A stretch of 64,000 bases of DNA from an uncultured Bacteriovoracaceae bacterium (GTDB lineage: Bacteria > Desulfobacterota > Desulfomonilia > UBA1062). Under the pieces are notes generated by a model. That model had not been told where the DNA came from. It ran no database searches and worked only from the letters and a program-made list of their open reading frames with translations. Position numbers and translations under genes: made by a program. Positions 11,969 through 22,224 of this stretch are shown here, one piece after another. The stretch lies in contig CAYNVT010000004.1 in assembly GCA_964400685.1 (NCBI GenBank), positions 606 through 64,605 of the forward strand. The letters are read 5' to 3'. Numbering within the stretch: position 1 is the stretch's first letter; every line of letters starts with the position of its first letter.

Positions 11969-13882
11969 CTATTGAGGCCATCTGCCACCTTTGTAAATAC
12001 CATCCCAGAACATGTATTCCAGCTTCATGGCTTTTGCAAAAACTTCTTTCATTTTTTTTCTGTTTGACTCACTCCCGGCAAGCATCAGGACATTTCCATA
12101 ATCCGACAGTATTTTAACCTGGCTTTTTTCCCAGGTTTCACCAGAATATTCGTCGATCCACTGTTGGTATTTGTTGGCTTTATTTATTGAGACACTCTTC
12201 ATATCTTTTCCTATCTGATAGTATATCCAATGGCACGGAATTACAGCCATCAGGCCAACTTCAAAAGGATCGAGCGTGGCTGTTTTAATAAGGAATGAAT
12301 TATATAACTCCGTTTCAGGCAAGGGCTCCATTGTTAAAAGATCATCATTGCTCACTCCCCATTTTGCTAAATAACGGGTGTGAACACTCTGTATCTCCTC
12401 ATCTAATGACTCAAGAAGCCCTTTTATGATGTCTGTTGCGGTATTGTCCGGTGCTTTTGACAGCAATATCCCATATACTTTCCGGAAATTCTGAAGGAAT
12501 AAATAATCCTGTACTATATAGTTTCTGAATAATTGTTCATCGAGGTTACCGGCAAGCAATTCCCTGTTGAAAGGCAAATTAAATATCTTCTCATAAAATG
12601 GGTAGTTATCATCCCATACCTGGCACATATAGTTTTTTTGAGGGCTTGCTTCTTCAGCAAGAGCATTCATGACCGCGATCATCTCATCCCATTTCTCATC
12701 AGGGTCAGGCTCCTGCCATGCACTGCTCTGGACAATAACGACATGCCTGGACGGATCAATATATATTGCCTGTCCGTATATGCCCATAGCCATAAAAACT
12801 CCGCCTTCAAGCAGCCACCACTGATAGGCATACCCGAGGGTTTCGGAAAAATTATCGTTTACTGCTAAAGGTCGTGGCAATTCAATTGCTCCCTTTGGAG
12901 TCGTAGATTCTAAAATCCATTCATTTGAGACAATACGGTGTCCATTCAAACCGCCACCGTTCATTACCATAAGGCCGAATCGGCCGTAGTCCCTTAACGT
13001 AGCGGCAAAACCGACTGATGATGAAATCTGGGCCTGGCTGTTTCCCCTATAATAAAAGGCGTCGCTCTCTGCACCGAGCCCTGACCAGAGTTTTTTCCCG
13101 CAATACTCGTTAAGTGGCATACCGGTCGCAGATTCAAGGACAAGGACCAGCACTTGTGTTGAAATACTCTGGTATTCGAATTGTGCGCCAGGGCTTTTAG
13201 AAGATTTAAGCGAAGCAGCAAGCTCGGAAAAAGAAGGAGAGCCTTCAATCCAGGACTGAAGAAGAAGAGGAAAATCACTGTCCGGCGCCATATAATCTTC
13301 ATTCCATTTAACCCCTGCAGCCATCTGGAGCAGATTTTTGATAGTTGCCTGTGCAAATCCGCTTTTTGAAAGATATGGCAGATAACGCACCACAGGATCA
13401 TTGACATTTCCTATTATACCTTCATCAATGGCTATGCCCGTAAGGACTGACACAATAGACTTTGCCATTGAATTTGAAATGAATTTTGATGCAGGTCCTG
13501 CATTGTTAAAGTATTTTTCTACCAAAATCTGGTTCTGATGCAGAGCAAGGAATCCAAGAACATTATTCCTTTTGAAATATTCATCAAGAGTATAACTTTT
13601 GCCCTGAAATGTATATTTCAACTCAAGGTCCTTATCCGAATGTTTTAGTTGATAAACCGGATCAGCCCTGCGGACCCAGTCCAGTTTCAGGTCCTGTTGT
13701 TCCAGATCAACAAGGCCATGGGACCCCGTCTGGCAAACCATATAGGAATACCTGCCCTTAAAGGCAGGTGCAGATAACAGATCGACTTTTCCGGCTGAAA
13801 CCGATGCTTCCAGAGAAACAAGAGACATGAACAGTATGAAAACAAAAAGACCTGAAGCTAAAATCCATTTAATGCATTTCAT
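11969..13882 (-). CDS. Secreted fusion protein: beta-lactamase-family serine hydrolase domain + TenA/thiaminase-II (aminopyrimidine aminohydrolase) domain
   Basis: Signal peptide; S-x-x-K (SMAK) in N-terminal ~400 aa; C-terminal ~210 aa matches TenA (FRNYIVQDYLFL, catalytic Cys in VIPCHWIYYQIG, YQQWIDEY, EYMFWDG). Confidence 0.65.
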   Translation of the reverse strand: MKCIKWILASGLFVFILFMSLVSLEASVSAGKVDLLSAPAFKGRYSYMVCQTGSHGLVDLEQQDLKLDWVRRADPVYQLKHSDKDLELKYTFQGKSYTLDEYFKRNNVLGFLALHQNQILVEKYFNNAGPASKFISNSMAKSIVSVLTGIAIDEGIIGNVNDPVVRYLPYLSKSGFAQATIKNLLQMAAGVKWNEDYMAPDSDFPLLLQSWIEGSPSFSELAASLKSSKSPGAQFEYQSISTQVLVLVLESATGMPLNEYCGKKLWSGLGAESDAFYYRGNSQAQISSSVGFAATLRDYGRFGLMVMNGGGLNGHRIVSNEWILESTTPKGAIELPRPLAVNDNFSETLGYAYQWWLLEGGVFMAMGIYGQAIYIDPSRHVVIVQSSAWQEPDPDEKWDEMIAVMNALAEEASPQKNYMCQVWDDNYPFYEKIFNLPFNRELLAGNLDEQLFRNYIVQDYLFLQNFRKVYGILLSKAPDNTATDIIKGLLESLDEEIQSVHTRYLAKWGVSNDDLLTMEPLPETELYNSFLIKTATLDPFEVGLMAVIPCHWIYYQIGKDMKSVSINKANKYQQWIDEYSGETWEKSQVKILSDYGNVLMLAGSESNRKKMKEVFAKAMKLEYMFWDGIYKGGRWPQ

Positions 13883-14047
13883 AACTCACCTCCTAAGTAA
13901 AAAATAACATCGGAAAACTCAGATACAAATCTTGAGATGAGCTAAAAAACGTCTTCATCAATTTCGCCGGTCTTTGGAGCCTCAGGTTTTCAAATCCATA
14001 AATAGTCGTCCCTTAAAAACCCGATTAGGGGTCAGACTGGCGCCTGT

Positions 14048-15622
14048 TTACTGTTTTCCTCCGCAAAGCCTTTTATATTCTTTTCCATATGGTTTAAGGT
14101 CACAGTCTTTGCAGTTTACCTTTGCATAATCAAGGATTATTCCAATTCCTACACAATAGGCCTCGATTTCGAATTTCTGATAGGACCTGGGTGTGCCTGA
14201 TTTGTATTCCGCGCTGGTGGTTTTATCACTGCATTGCCTCGCGTGCGTGAGTTCATGTTCGTACATCGCCTTGAAAAGCACATCGGGATAACATTTTTTT
14301 CTGTAGTCGTCCCTGACTTCCTCGGCATTTACAACCTTGCAGTCATTATTTGTCGCCATGTCTATCTTTGCCGAGCCTCCATCTCCAGGCCCTGCTGAAT
14401 CTTGAGCTGAACTCTGTGAAGGGTTGTAACCGGGGTCCCACCAGTGTTTCCTGTATTGCCTCACTCCTTCTTTCGCCACCCTTTCATCATAAACCTCTCC
14501 ATCACCCTCATGCGAACCGTCCCATCCGTCTTGAGCGGCCTTGTTTATCAATTCTTCACTCGAATAGGCACGAATCATTGAGATGCTTTCCTTGAGCTCA
14601 TCTATCATGTCTTCGCAATCATCATGAATCTTAAATTCCCAGCTCACCTTAAGCGTCTCGGTTGTTTTAATATCAGGGTCAGCCTGGCCCTCAGCATTGC
14701 CAGACTGATCTTTCATCGACTCCTTTATCGTAGCTTCGGCCTCGGCAAGTTCCTTTTCAAGTTCGGGCGACATTTTGGAAAGCTCCTTCAAGGATTCAAG
14801 GGTCTTATCCATCGTGTCCGTCACTGTCTCACTGACCGAGCCGTAAATGGATTTTATGTCCGGGTAATAAACCTCGCCTTTAATCTTCTTCCCGCCGTCA
14901 TATCTACCTTTAAAAGATGCAATAAGCGGCAGCATCCGCTCCGAGCCTGGAGCGGTAGCGCTGCAAACCCTTCCGGAACTGTCACAACTTGCGGTTATCT
15001 GCGGTTCAATATCAATAGCTTTGAGCATAATGGGAGAAATGTATTTTACATCCTTTATGAAAGTCTCATTTTCGCATGCATATCTGGTTTCCGACTGTGA
15101 ATTCCCGTCTATCAGCAATGCGGGTTTCTTGTTCAAAGCAATTGTAAAGACATATTCCTTTGTATCAGGGTCAACGCTCAAGACAGACTGAGACTCATAT
15201 TTTGGAAAATCCGGATGAAGAAGCCCTCTAAAGCTGCTGTGCTCTTTTTCTGAACTGCCAGGTGTAACATAATCGACCATGTTCTTATCACCCGGGCCTT
15301 TGCTTGACCTTACGCACCTGGATTTTTTCACCTGATTGAACTTGTTTTCAGTCATTGTATAGCTGACATCAGGATTCGAAATTCTCAGGTTCTGGGCCGA
15401 TTCGCCGCAGGCCTTGATTACCGCCCTGAAACGGGCATTTTCTTTAAGACTATGCCTTGATGTCGAGTCCTTATCCGATGTGTCTTTGTATAATGAATTG
15501 CCTAGACTATAATCAATAATGATATCGCCAATCCATATTGGTTCTGAGGCATTCGCTGTTGCAAAAATCAGGCAAACGGCAATCATTGACAAAAGAGCCG
15601 GGGCTGACAGTCTTCCATTCAC
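14048..15622 (-). CDS. Secreted hypothetical protein with C-terminal HExxH(+E) zincin-like motif
   Basis: Signal peptide MNGRLSAPALLSMIAVCLIFATANA; acidic coiled region; YEHELTHARQ ... FEIEAY near C-terminus; many Cys in C-terminal 60 aa. Confidence 0.4.
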   Translation of the reverse strand: MNGRLSAPALLSMIAVCLIFATANASEPIWIGDIIIDYSLGNSLYKDTSDKDSTSRHSLKENARFRAVIKACGESAQNLRISNPDVSYTMTENKFNQVKKSRCVRSSKGPGDKNMVDYVTPGSSEKEHSSFRGLLHPDFPKYESQSVLSVDPDTKEYVFTIALNKKPALLIDGNSQSETRYACENETFIKDVKYISPIMLKAIDIEPQITASCDSSGRVCSATAPGSERMLPLIASFKGRYDGGKKIKGEVYYPDIKSIYGSVSETVTDTMDKTLESLKELSKMSPELEKELAEAEATIKESMKDQSGNAEGQADPDIKTTETLKVSWEFKIHDDCEDMIDELKESISMIRAYSSEELINKAAQDGWDGSHEGDGEVYDERVAKEGVRQYRKHWWDPGYNPSQSSAQDSAGPGDGGSAKIDMATNNDCKVVNAEEVRDDYRKKCYPDVLFKAMYEHELTHARQCSDKTTSAEYKSGTPRSYQKFEIEAYCVGIGIILDYAKVNCKDCDLKPYGKEYKRLCGGKQ

Positions 15623-15726
15623 AGTTCACCTCCTGAATAGACAAAAAATCGACGCGTCAGAACGAAACCCCTTAGCAATGGCAGTGACCCAAGGGGAGCG
15701 AAGAAATTATTTTTCTCGCCGGCGAA

Positions 15727-16545
15727 CTATTTCTTGACTATCTCCACCCTGCGGTTTTTCGCCCTGCCCTCTTCGGTACGGTTGTCTGCAACGGGCTTGT
15801 CCTGACCCCAGCCGGTTGTGGTCATGCGCGAGGCGCTGATACCCTGTTTAATAACTGCCGCTTTCACTGCATCGGCCCTCTGCTGTGAAAGGATTTTATT
15901 ATTAGACGGTGTGCCTGTGTTGTCGGTATGACCTTCAACGCTCACCTTGAGATCAGGATTATCCTTGAGTAAGACGGCAATCTGCTCGACCGTTGTCTGG
16001 CTCTCGGGTTTTATCGTTGCCTTGTTCGTATCAAAATTTATATAAAGAGCGATGAAGCCGTCCTTATTAAGGGCGTCCAGCATGTCGCTGGCAGTAATTT
16101 CCTGTTTGAGCCCCTCTTTTTCGGTGACTGTAAGCAGATAACTTTCGGATGTTGCGTTCACCTTTGCCCAGACATCATTGCCGTCTTTCCTGATATTCAT
16201 GAAAACAGTGTTGCCGGCATATTCGTAAAATGTGCCGCCCGCCTTTTTCACGGCATTTTCAAAATTTCTGATGATCTGAATCGGGGTGATCTCCCTTGCT
16301 CCTTCATTCATGTAATACTCGATCATGTATGTCTTTCCTTCAATGCTCAGGTCTCTGCCTTTGCTGTCTGTGAATTCCTGCGTGTCAAATTCCTTGACCT
16401 CATATGATGTGATGTAAAAATCCTTCATCCTGGTAAACATGGAGTGATCCTTGCTGCCTGAAACATCGCTCTGGGCAGATACGGAAGACGAAACCAACAG
16501 AATGACCATTGCCGACAGGACTCCTTTTATGGATTTTATCGTCAT
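15727..16545 (-). CDS. OmpA-family peptidoglycan-associated protein
   Basis: Signal peptide; C-terminal OmpA_C domain (TDNTGTPSNNKILSQQRADAV...RRVEI). Confidence 0.8.
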   Translation of the reverse strand: MTIKSIKGVLSAMVILLVSSSVSAQSDVSGSKDHSMFTRMKDFYITSYEVKEFDTQEFTDSKGRDLSIEGKTYMIEYYMNEGAREITPIQIIRNFENAVKKAGGTFYEYAGNTVFMNIRKDGNDVWAKVNATSESYLLTVTEKEGLKQEITASDMLDALNKDGFIALYINFDTNKATIKPESQTTVEQIAVLLKDNPDLKVSVEGHTDNTGTPSNNKILSQQRADAVKAAVIKQGISASRMTTTGWGQDKPVADNRTEEGRAKNRRVEIVKK

Positions 16546-16710
16546 GGCAACCTCCTTGAAACGGTTTTGTGGATAATGGCAAGTATGTGGTCATTATCAA
16601 AAAAGTCAATAATCCCGAATTCCATGTTGAAATTATTACCGTTCATCCGCCTCAAGTAATCCGGGTTCATGCCGAAAAATTTATTAATGAAACTTTTCGA
16701 TGGGGATAAT

Positions 16711-17385
16711 ATGAAAACCAGACTTTCCGGTGTTATGCTGTTGATAACAATTATAATGCTTCTGCAATGCTCTCCCATTTTTGCATTGAACGGCCAGTGG
16801 TCTGAAACCGGCAAAACCAAAGGTATTGTAAGCTACAGCAGACAGGCCGCAGGCGGCGTCTATGAAATATATTCAGCCGGCATGGTGAATGCGCCGGTTG
16901 CATCTATTGAAGCGCTATTGAGAGATGTCTCGGCACGTCCGCAATATGTATACAACTGTGACGAAACCTCTTATGCGGAAATACCCGGCCTTAAAAATAC
17001 CACAGACGTCCACTATGTCTATAACAGGACCAGAATGCCAGCTTTTATGAACGATCGCGACTGCGTGGTGAAGAGTGTCTGGACAATCGACAAGACCTCG
17101 GGGACCATTTACTGCAGGTCGGAAAGCATAGACAGCGATTACAGGTTCCAGGCGAACGTAGTCAGGATGGCGAAGGTCGTTACCCAGTATACCCTCATTC
17201 CAAGAGGCAATGACATGACCCTTGTCATCTGCCAGGCAATGGCCGATCCGGGAGGCAACATACCCAATTTCGTCGTCAATCTGTTCACCAAATCGCTCGG
17301 TGCGAACATGATAGAAGGTATTCAGAAAATGGCGAACAGGCCGAAATACCAGAACGCCAGGATCGTTACATCAACCCCGGCCTGA
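16711..17385 (+). CDS. Secreted START/Bet-v1-like lipid-binding domain protein
   Basis: Signal peptide after Met at 16711 (GGGGA RBS), START-like signature (VVKSVWTIDKTSGTIYCRSESID...); ORF opens at 16669. Confidence 0.5.
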   Translation: MKTRLSGVMLLITIIMLLQCSPIFALNGQWSETGKTKGIVSYSRQAAGGVYEIYSAGMVNAPVASIEALLRDVSARPQYVYNCDETSYAEIPGLKNTTDVHYVYNRTRMPAFMNDRDCVVKSVWTIDKTSGTIYCRSESIDSDYRFQANVVRMAKVVTQYTLIPRGNDMTLVICQAMADPGGNIPNFVVNLFTKSLGANMIEGIQKMANRPKYQNARIVTSTPA

Positions 17386-17417
17386 TTGCAGGCTCATGAT
17401 AGAATAAAAGTAAATCG

Positions 17418-18272
17418 CTATCTGAGCTTTTCTGAATAATCCTCATGTTGAGAGTATAATTGGGGTTTGTATCCAGAAGGCGCATTATCTGCCGGGTCCC
17501 TTGTGAGGATCGGCTCCTTCAGCTTCTTCATTGAGATGGCCTTTTCCGGGCATTCGTAAACGCACAGTCCGCATCCGAAGCAGTTTTCCGCTGTAAGGCT
17601 TTTGCCGTCCACAAGTTTCCTTGCATCGAACGGGCATATCTCGATGCACTTCGAACAGGCCCTGCATTTTTCCCTGTCCGTCTTCGCGGAAAAGAAACCG
17701 TCAATAAGCGGATAATCAAGCTGTCCGAGTTCCCGGTTGATTATGTATGGCACGCACCCGCATATGCAGCAGTTACATATGGCGTATTCGTTGTAGAGAT
17801 TGACCGGGCAGTGGATGAAGACCATGTGGAACATCTTTTTTTCATGGCATGACTTTATTATCGCCCTGGCCTCTTCCTTTGATATCTGCCGGTAGTCCTT
17901 GGGAAACGCCTTCATCCATGCGTAGTAGCCGGTCCTGAAGACCATGTCGGTTTCCATGGGGTGGCTGCATGCCTTATGCCCTATGCGGCAGCGGCACGGG
18001 CCCACGGCAATAGGGCCTTCCTGGGCGTCGATAAGTTTTATCAATTCATCATACGGGACCGGGCGTGCCGAATCGCCGAGATATCCGAAAGGTCTTGCAA
18101 GGGCTACACCTGCAATTTTTTTAAACCATCCCATCTGCCCCACCCTTTTCCACTTTCCGCGCAGCAGCTGATAGCAGAGAAGCAGCAGCGGTATCTCGAT
18201 ATAACGTGCAAATATGAAGAGCAGAAAGCGCCTTAACGGGTTCTGTTCATTTGACAGTGGCTTGAAATCCAT
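17418..18272 (-). CDS. Membrane-anchored polyferredoxin (4Fe-4S dicluster domain protein)
   Basis: N-terminal TM helix; multiple CxxCxxCxxxCP motifs (CRACSKCIEICP, CFGCGLCVYECP) plus a CNCCICGC cluster. Confidence 0.7.
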   Translation of the reverse strand: MDFKPLSNEQNPLRRFLLFIFARYIEIPLLLLCYQLLRGKWKRVGQMGWFKKIAGVALARPFGYLGDSARPVPYDELIKLIDAQEGPIAVGPCRCRIGHKACSHPMETDMVFRTGYYAWMKAFPKDYRQISKEEARAIIKSCHEKKMFHMVFIHCPVNLYNEYAICNCCICGCVPYIINRELGQLDYPLIDGFFSAKTDREKCRACSKCIEICPFDARKLVDGKSLTAENCFGCGLCVYECPEKAISMKKLKEPILTRDPADNAPSGYKPQLYSQHEDYSEKLR

Positions 18273-18275
18273 TGC

Positions 18276-19169
18276 TCAACCCTCCCTGCCGTAGGACGGC
18301 GCCATTGTATAGCCTTTGGCCTTTGCAGCATCGAGCAGCCGCTTCCTTGTCTTATCGAGCTTAGTCAGCCTCGGGTCATTGGGCAGTTTTCCCGGATAAT
18401 CGAGATTGGGTTCAAGCTTCAAATACATGTCATAAGGATAGCCGGACGTCATGTCATCCGGCTCGTTCTTACCCCAGGCCACACCGCCGGTACAATAGTA
18501 GCTGATATTGGCCTTTTTATTCTGCCAGGGGATGACAAAGCTGTTTCTGCACATGCTCATGTTCGCCATATAGCGCGTGATGAACTTATCGAAGATTTTA
18601 GTTACATAATCGCTCTTGAATATAAACGTGGTGAACCTGTGCCAGAGCGTGAATCTGTTCAGCAGGGACAGCGTGCGGTTGATATACTTGATCGAAATCG
18701 CGGACATGCCTGTGGGCGGCTTCATCCTGAATGTATTGAGAGACGTCTGGTCCTGCTTGTATTTTTCGGGGTCTATAAAGCTGTCCCAGCCGAGCAGGTC
18801 TATGATCTTCCTGTAGTTGTCCGGGTTCGTCCTTATAATCACGCCGTCCGGCGTTACGCCTTTTTTGAACAGGTACATAGGCGCCATGTACAGGGCTTTT
18901 ATCGCAAACCGTTCGAGGTGCGGCTCGATCGTCTTTTCAAAATCGTTTCCCGGCTCTTTGAACCCGAGAACGACAGGCGACCATTTGCATATTTTGATGG
19001 AGCCGGAATTCAAAAGAAGCTCCATCCCGAAGGTAGCACCGAATATCCCCTGGCAATATGAGATGCCTGAAAAAAGGACAGTGTCCTTGAACTCTTCATA
19101 AAGCTTTTCATCAAGCAGCTTGATGCCTATGGGCGGCAGTTCGAGGGTTATCATATTACGCAGCTTCAT
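18276..19169 (-). CDS. Conserved hypothetical protein, possibly DUF169/COG2043-like, 4 Cys
   Basis: Start chosen at Met with AAAGGAG RBS (19169); longer ORF to 19241 overlaps upstream stop as ATGA; conserved Cys at ISYCQ, KICKW, MCRN, YYCTGG. Confidence 0.45.
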   Translation of the reverse strand: MKLRNMITLELPPIGIKLLDEKLYEEFKDTVLFSGISYCQGIFGATFGMELLLNSGSIKICKWSPVVLGFKEPGNDFEKTIEPHLERFAIKALYMAPMYLFKKGVTPDGVIIRTNPDNYRKIIDLLGWDSFIDPEKYKQDQTSLNTFRMKPPTGMSAISIKYINRTLSLLNRFTLWHRFTTFIFKSDYVTKIFDKFITRYMANMSMCRNSFVIPWQNKKANISYYCTGGVAWGKNEPDDMTSGYPYDMYLKLEPNLDYPGKLPNDPRLTKLDKTRKRLLDAAKAKGYTMAPSYGREG

Positions 19170-19237
19170 ATTTCTCCTTTGGTTTTTCTCCTGTCTCCTT
19201 ACTCCTAACTCCTCACTTCTTACTAATGTCTTCTTCC

Positions 19238-20428
19238 TCACATCTTAAAGCGTCCCGGGTCGAGATATTTCGGCAGGGCGTTAATGCCGATCCCGAGGGC
19301 CATCTGTAAAGCCTTTTTCGTATTAGTCCTTTTAACATTTTCACCGAGCGCCTCTCTTGCATATTCGATAATATGCCTGAGAGTTTTGCCGAAAGGGTTC
19401 GCCAGCCTCATTATGCCGAGCGTAAGCAGGCAGCCTGTGCAGTAAATGGCAGCCTCATCCGCATCGGTCTTATCCAGTGCTGAAAGGCCCTTCAGACCGC
19501 ATGAGGCCAGGTCGATAAGGCTGAAGCTGTTGCAGCCCGCAGCAACACCGCAGCAGAGGCCATGCTCACGGCTCTGCTCTGTCTCGATAATCGTAAGCCC
19601 GAACATTTCAAGCAGCCTGCGCTGAGATTGCATGAAATCTTTTCCGAGCACCCTCGCATGGCAGGAATCATGCATCACGACAGTACCTGAGAGTTTCTTT
19701 CCGATTTTAAAAGTGCCGTCTTCGATCCTCTCGATGAACCAGTCCGTGAAAAATGTCTTTTTAAAATCAAAGCTCGCGCCGAACTGTCCGGGAAGCACAT
19801 TTGAAAACATGTTGTACCCGGCAGGACAGATGAACACGAGTTCTTCGATATCCTTATCCCTGTAGAATTCAGTGAGATATTTTGCAGTCTTTCTGACAGG
19901 TTCGAGCGCTCCCATCCTGAAAAACATCTCGCCGCAGCACAGGTCCCACCTGCCCCATACCGGAAGCTCTTCGAATATGACACCTTCGGCCAGAAGAGGC
20001 ATTGCGAGAAGGTTGCAGCCCGGATAAAGGCAGGTCTTTGCCGGCGGCTGTTCAACAGACCATTTTTCCTGAAGGGCCTTTTCAGATGCGGTGTATGCTA
20101 GGCTCTGCCTGAAATTTGGAAGCCTTCCGGGCATAAGATAGCTGGCCCTTGCAGGCAGCCCTTCTCTTTCATAACGTTCATTCCAGAAGTAGTGGATCCT
20201 CTCATAGGGATGTGCATCGTTCGGGCAGAAGGCGTTGCAGGCATAGCAGCTCATGCATTTTTTTGCCGCAACCGATCTTTCATGAAGTCCGAGGTTTATC
20301 TTTCTGATGTCCTTGATCGCGTCCTGCCTGGAGAGTTTCATATACCGGCAGTTTACGAGGCATTCGCCGCATTCAGTGCATCTGTCCCAGCCTAAAACCT
20401 CCCTGAACTCTTTCATTACACCTGACAA
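19238..20428 (-). CDS. HdrD/GlcF-like Fe-S protein (4Fe-4S dicluster + two CCG cysteine-rich domains)
   Basis: CTECGECLVNC and CMSCYACNAFCP ferredoxin motifs; CCG signatures LCCGEM and GLCCGVAAG. Confidence 0.7.
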   Translation of the reverse strand: MSGVMKEFREVLGWDRCTECGECLVNCRYMKLSRQDAIKDIRKINLGLHERSVAAKKCMSCYACNAFCPNDAHPYERIHYFWNERYEREGLPARASYLMPGRLPNFRQSLAYTASEKALQEKWSVEQPPAKTCLYPGCNLLAMPLLAEGVIFEELPVWGRWDLCCGEMFFRMGALEPVRKTAKYLTEFYRDKDIEELVFICPAGYNMFSNVLPGQFGASFDFKKTFFTDWFIERIEDGTFKIGKKLSGTVVMHDSCHARVLGKDFMQSQRRLLEMFGLTIIETEQSREHGLCCGVAAGCNSFSLIDLASCGLKGLSALDKTDADEAAIYCTGCLLTLGIMRLANPFGKTLRHIIEYAREALGENVKRTNTKKALQMALGIGINALPKYLDPGRFKM

Positions 20429-20478
20429 TTTAACCTCCGAAAATTGCCGGGATATCCCGGCTCAACTTTTCAGTAATT

Positions 20479-20922
20479 TTATCCGGCCTGTCCCTTATCC
20501 GAAAATATTGCAGGGTAGATAAATATGCCGACTGATACGATGAGAAGCCCGATATCCCTCAGCAGATACCACCATGTAATTTTTGCAGCAGCAGGGTCGG
20601 TGGTAAAACACCCGCATGAGATATCAAGCCCGCGGACAAGACTCGCGCACAGTGCCACGGCGAATATAAGAAGCATGCCTGAAATCGCCAGGGAGCCGCC
20701 CTCGATGAATATCCCGCTAACGACAAAGAATCCGGCAATGATCTCGATTGGCGGCATGGATGTTGCTGCCAGATTCACGAGAAACCCGTTTGGAAGGATC
20801 TTATATGCATCGATCGCCTTTGCAAAGGCCACAGGTTCAGAAAAATGAATGAAGCCGGTATATATGAACATGCCGCCGATTAAGAGCCTTGCCAGAATAT
20901 AGATGGCCTTTTTAGTGCTCAT
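20479..20922 (-). CDS. DoxX/MauE-family membrane protein
   Basis: 4 TM, MauE-like CGCF motif (DISCGCF). Confidence 0.6.
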   Translation of the reverse strand: MSTKKAIYILARLLIGGMFIYTGFIHFSEPVAFAKAIDAYKILPNGFLVNLAATSMPPIEIIAGFFVVSGIFIEGGSLAISGMLLIFAVALCASLVRGLDISCGCFTTDPAAAKITWWYLLRDIGLLIVSVGIFIYPAIFSDKGQAG

Positions 20923-21425
20923 CTGCCTGACTCCTGAGGATAACCGGACATGCTCCAGGCCTCCCAGCCTTCAGGCATTTCCCTGACATTGGTAAAACCG
21001 TCTGCCATCAGCTCTTTTGCAAGCTCCTCGGCAAGAGGACAGTCAATCCCAAGACAATAGGTGATGATAAGCCTCGATTTGTCTTTCTCAATCGCATTGA
21101 CGGATTTGTCCCCTTTGCCGGGATGTATATTAATGGCCTTCGGGATATGACCCAGGTTGTAGTCATATTCGCTTCTTGCATCAATGAACAATGCCTTGCC
21201 CGAGCGGAAGGCCTTGAAGCCTTCCCAAACGCTTATCTTAGCAACCTGAACAGGATTAGTGGTAATCTGAGAGGAAGCCTGGCCGGCAGTTGCCGCAACT
21301 TCTCCGGCTGTTTCAATCTTGTCATGGCGCAGAGTATTCACAGCAAGCCCTATTATGACGCCTGCCGCTATTATGATCAGAACCTGAAGAATTCCTCTTT
21401 TAAAAATCCTTTCCAGCTTATTCAT
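20919..21425 (-). CDS. Membrane-anchored rhodanese-domain sulfurtransferase
   Basis: N-terminal TM; rhodanese active-site loop YCLGIDC; overlaps downstream gene by 4 nt. Confidence 0.7.
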   Translation of the reverse strand: MNKLERIFKRGILQVLIIIAAGVIIGLAVNTLRHDKIETAGEVAATAGQASSQITTNPVQVAKISVWEGFKAFRSGKALFIDARSEYDYNLGHIPKAINIHPGKGDKSVNAIEKDKSRLIITYCLGIDCPLAEELAKELMADGFTNVREMPEGWEAWSMSGYPQESGR

Positions 21426-21457
21426 TCTTCACTCTTTCGGATTATATTATTTGATAC

Positions 21458-22222
21458 TTAAATCCTGGAAGCGATTATTGCAGCGCCTATCGCCCCGTTT
21501 ACCTGGGTCTCGGTGAAGACCTCCATTGGTCCCAGCTTCGCTTCAAGCGCCTTTACTATACCAATGTTTTTTGCAACGCCTCCGGTCATCATAATCGGCT
21601 TTTTCACGCCTACCCTGTTTGCAAGTGCAGCGACACGTGAGGCGACCGACTCATGGATGCCTGCTATTATATTTTCACGTGTCTCCCCCTTGGCTATCAA
21701 CGATATGACCTCGCTTTCTGCAAACACCGTGCAGAGGCTGCTTATGTGCGAAGGATTTTCAGCCCTGAGAGAAGTCTCGCCGAATTTATCCAGATCGACC
21801 TCAAGCGCCCTTGCCATAACTTCCAGAAACCTGCCTGTACCTGCTGCGCACTTGTCATTCATGGCAAAATCCTTGACCTTTCCCTGAGCGTCGAGGACGA
21901 TGGCCTTGCTGTCCTGCCCTCCTATATCGACTACAGAGCGGACATCCGGATTTAAAAAATACGCCCCGGTCGCATGGCAGATTATCTCGGTGACGGCCTT
22001 GTCCGCAAAATCGACGGAATTTCTGCCGTAGCCCGTGGCTACCACTCTGCTCAGTGAACCGGGCTTTATGCCAGCTTCACCGAGTATATCATCAAATATC
22101 CTTTTACCCGCCTGTGTTGAGTTGTATCCGGTAAAAGACACCTTTGTGGCTATGATTTCACCATCCTTAAGAATGGCCGCCTTTGCCGTTATCGAACCTA
22201 TGTCAATTCCGAGTGTTGTCAT
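21458..22222 (-). CDS. HgdC/BcrAD/BadFG-type ATP-dependent [4Fe-4S] activase (CoA-substrate-specific enzyme activase, archerase)
   Basis: Near-colinear match to HgdC: LGIDIGSITAKAAIL, VDIGGQDSKAI, cluster-bridging Cys in MNDKCAAGTGRF and SSLCTVFAESEV, MMTGGVAKN. Confidence 0.9.
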   Translation of the reverse strand: MTTLGIDIGSITAKAAILKDGEIIATKVSFTGYNSTQAGKRIFDDILGEAGIKPGSLSRVVATGYGRNSVDFADKAVTEIICHATGAYFLNPDVRSVVDIGGQDSKAIVLDAQGKVKDFAMNDKCAAGTGRFLEVMARALEVDLDKFGETSLRAENPSHISSLCTVFAESEVISLIAKGETRENIIAGIHESVASRVAALANRVGVKKPIMMTGGVAKNIGIVKALEAKLGPMEVFTETQVNGAIGAAIIASRI

Positions 22223-22224
22223 GG

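Noticed and set aside
16542-16820. 92-aa minus-strand ORF between the OmpA and START genes
   Set aside because: Overlaps the START-protein 5' region, has no RBS or motif, and lies in what is likely a divergent promoter region.
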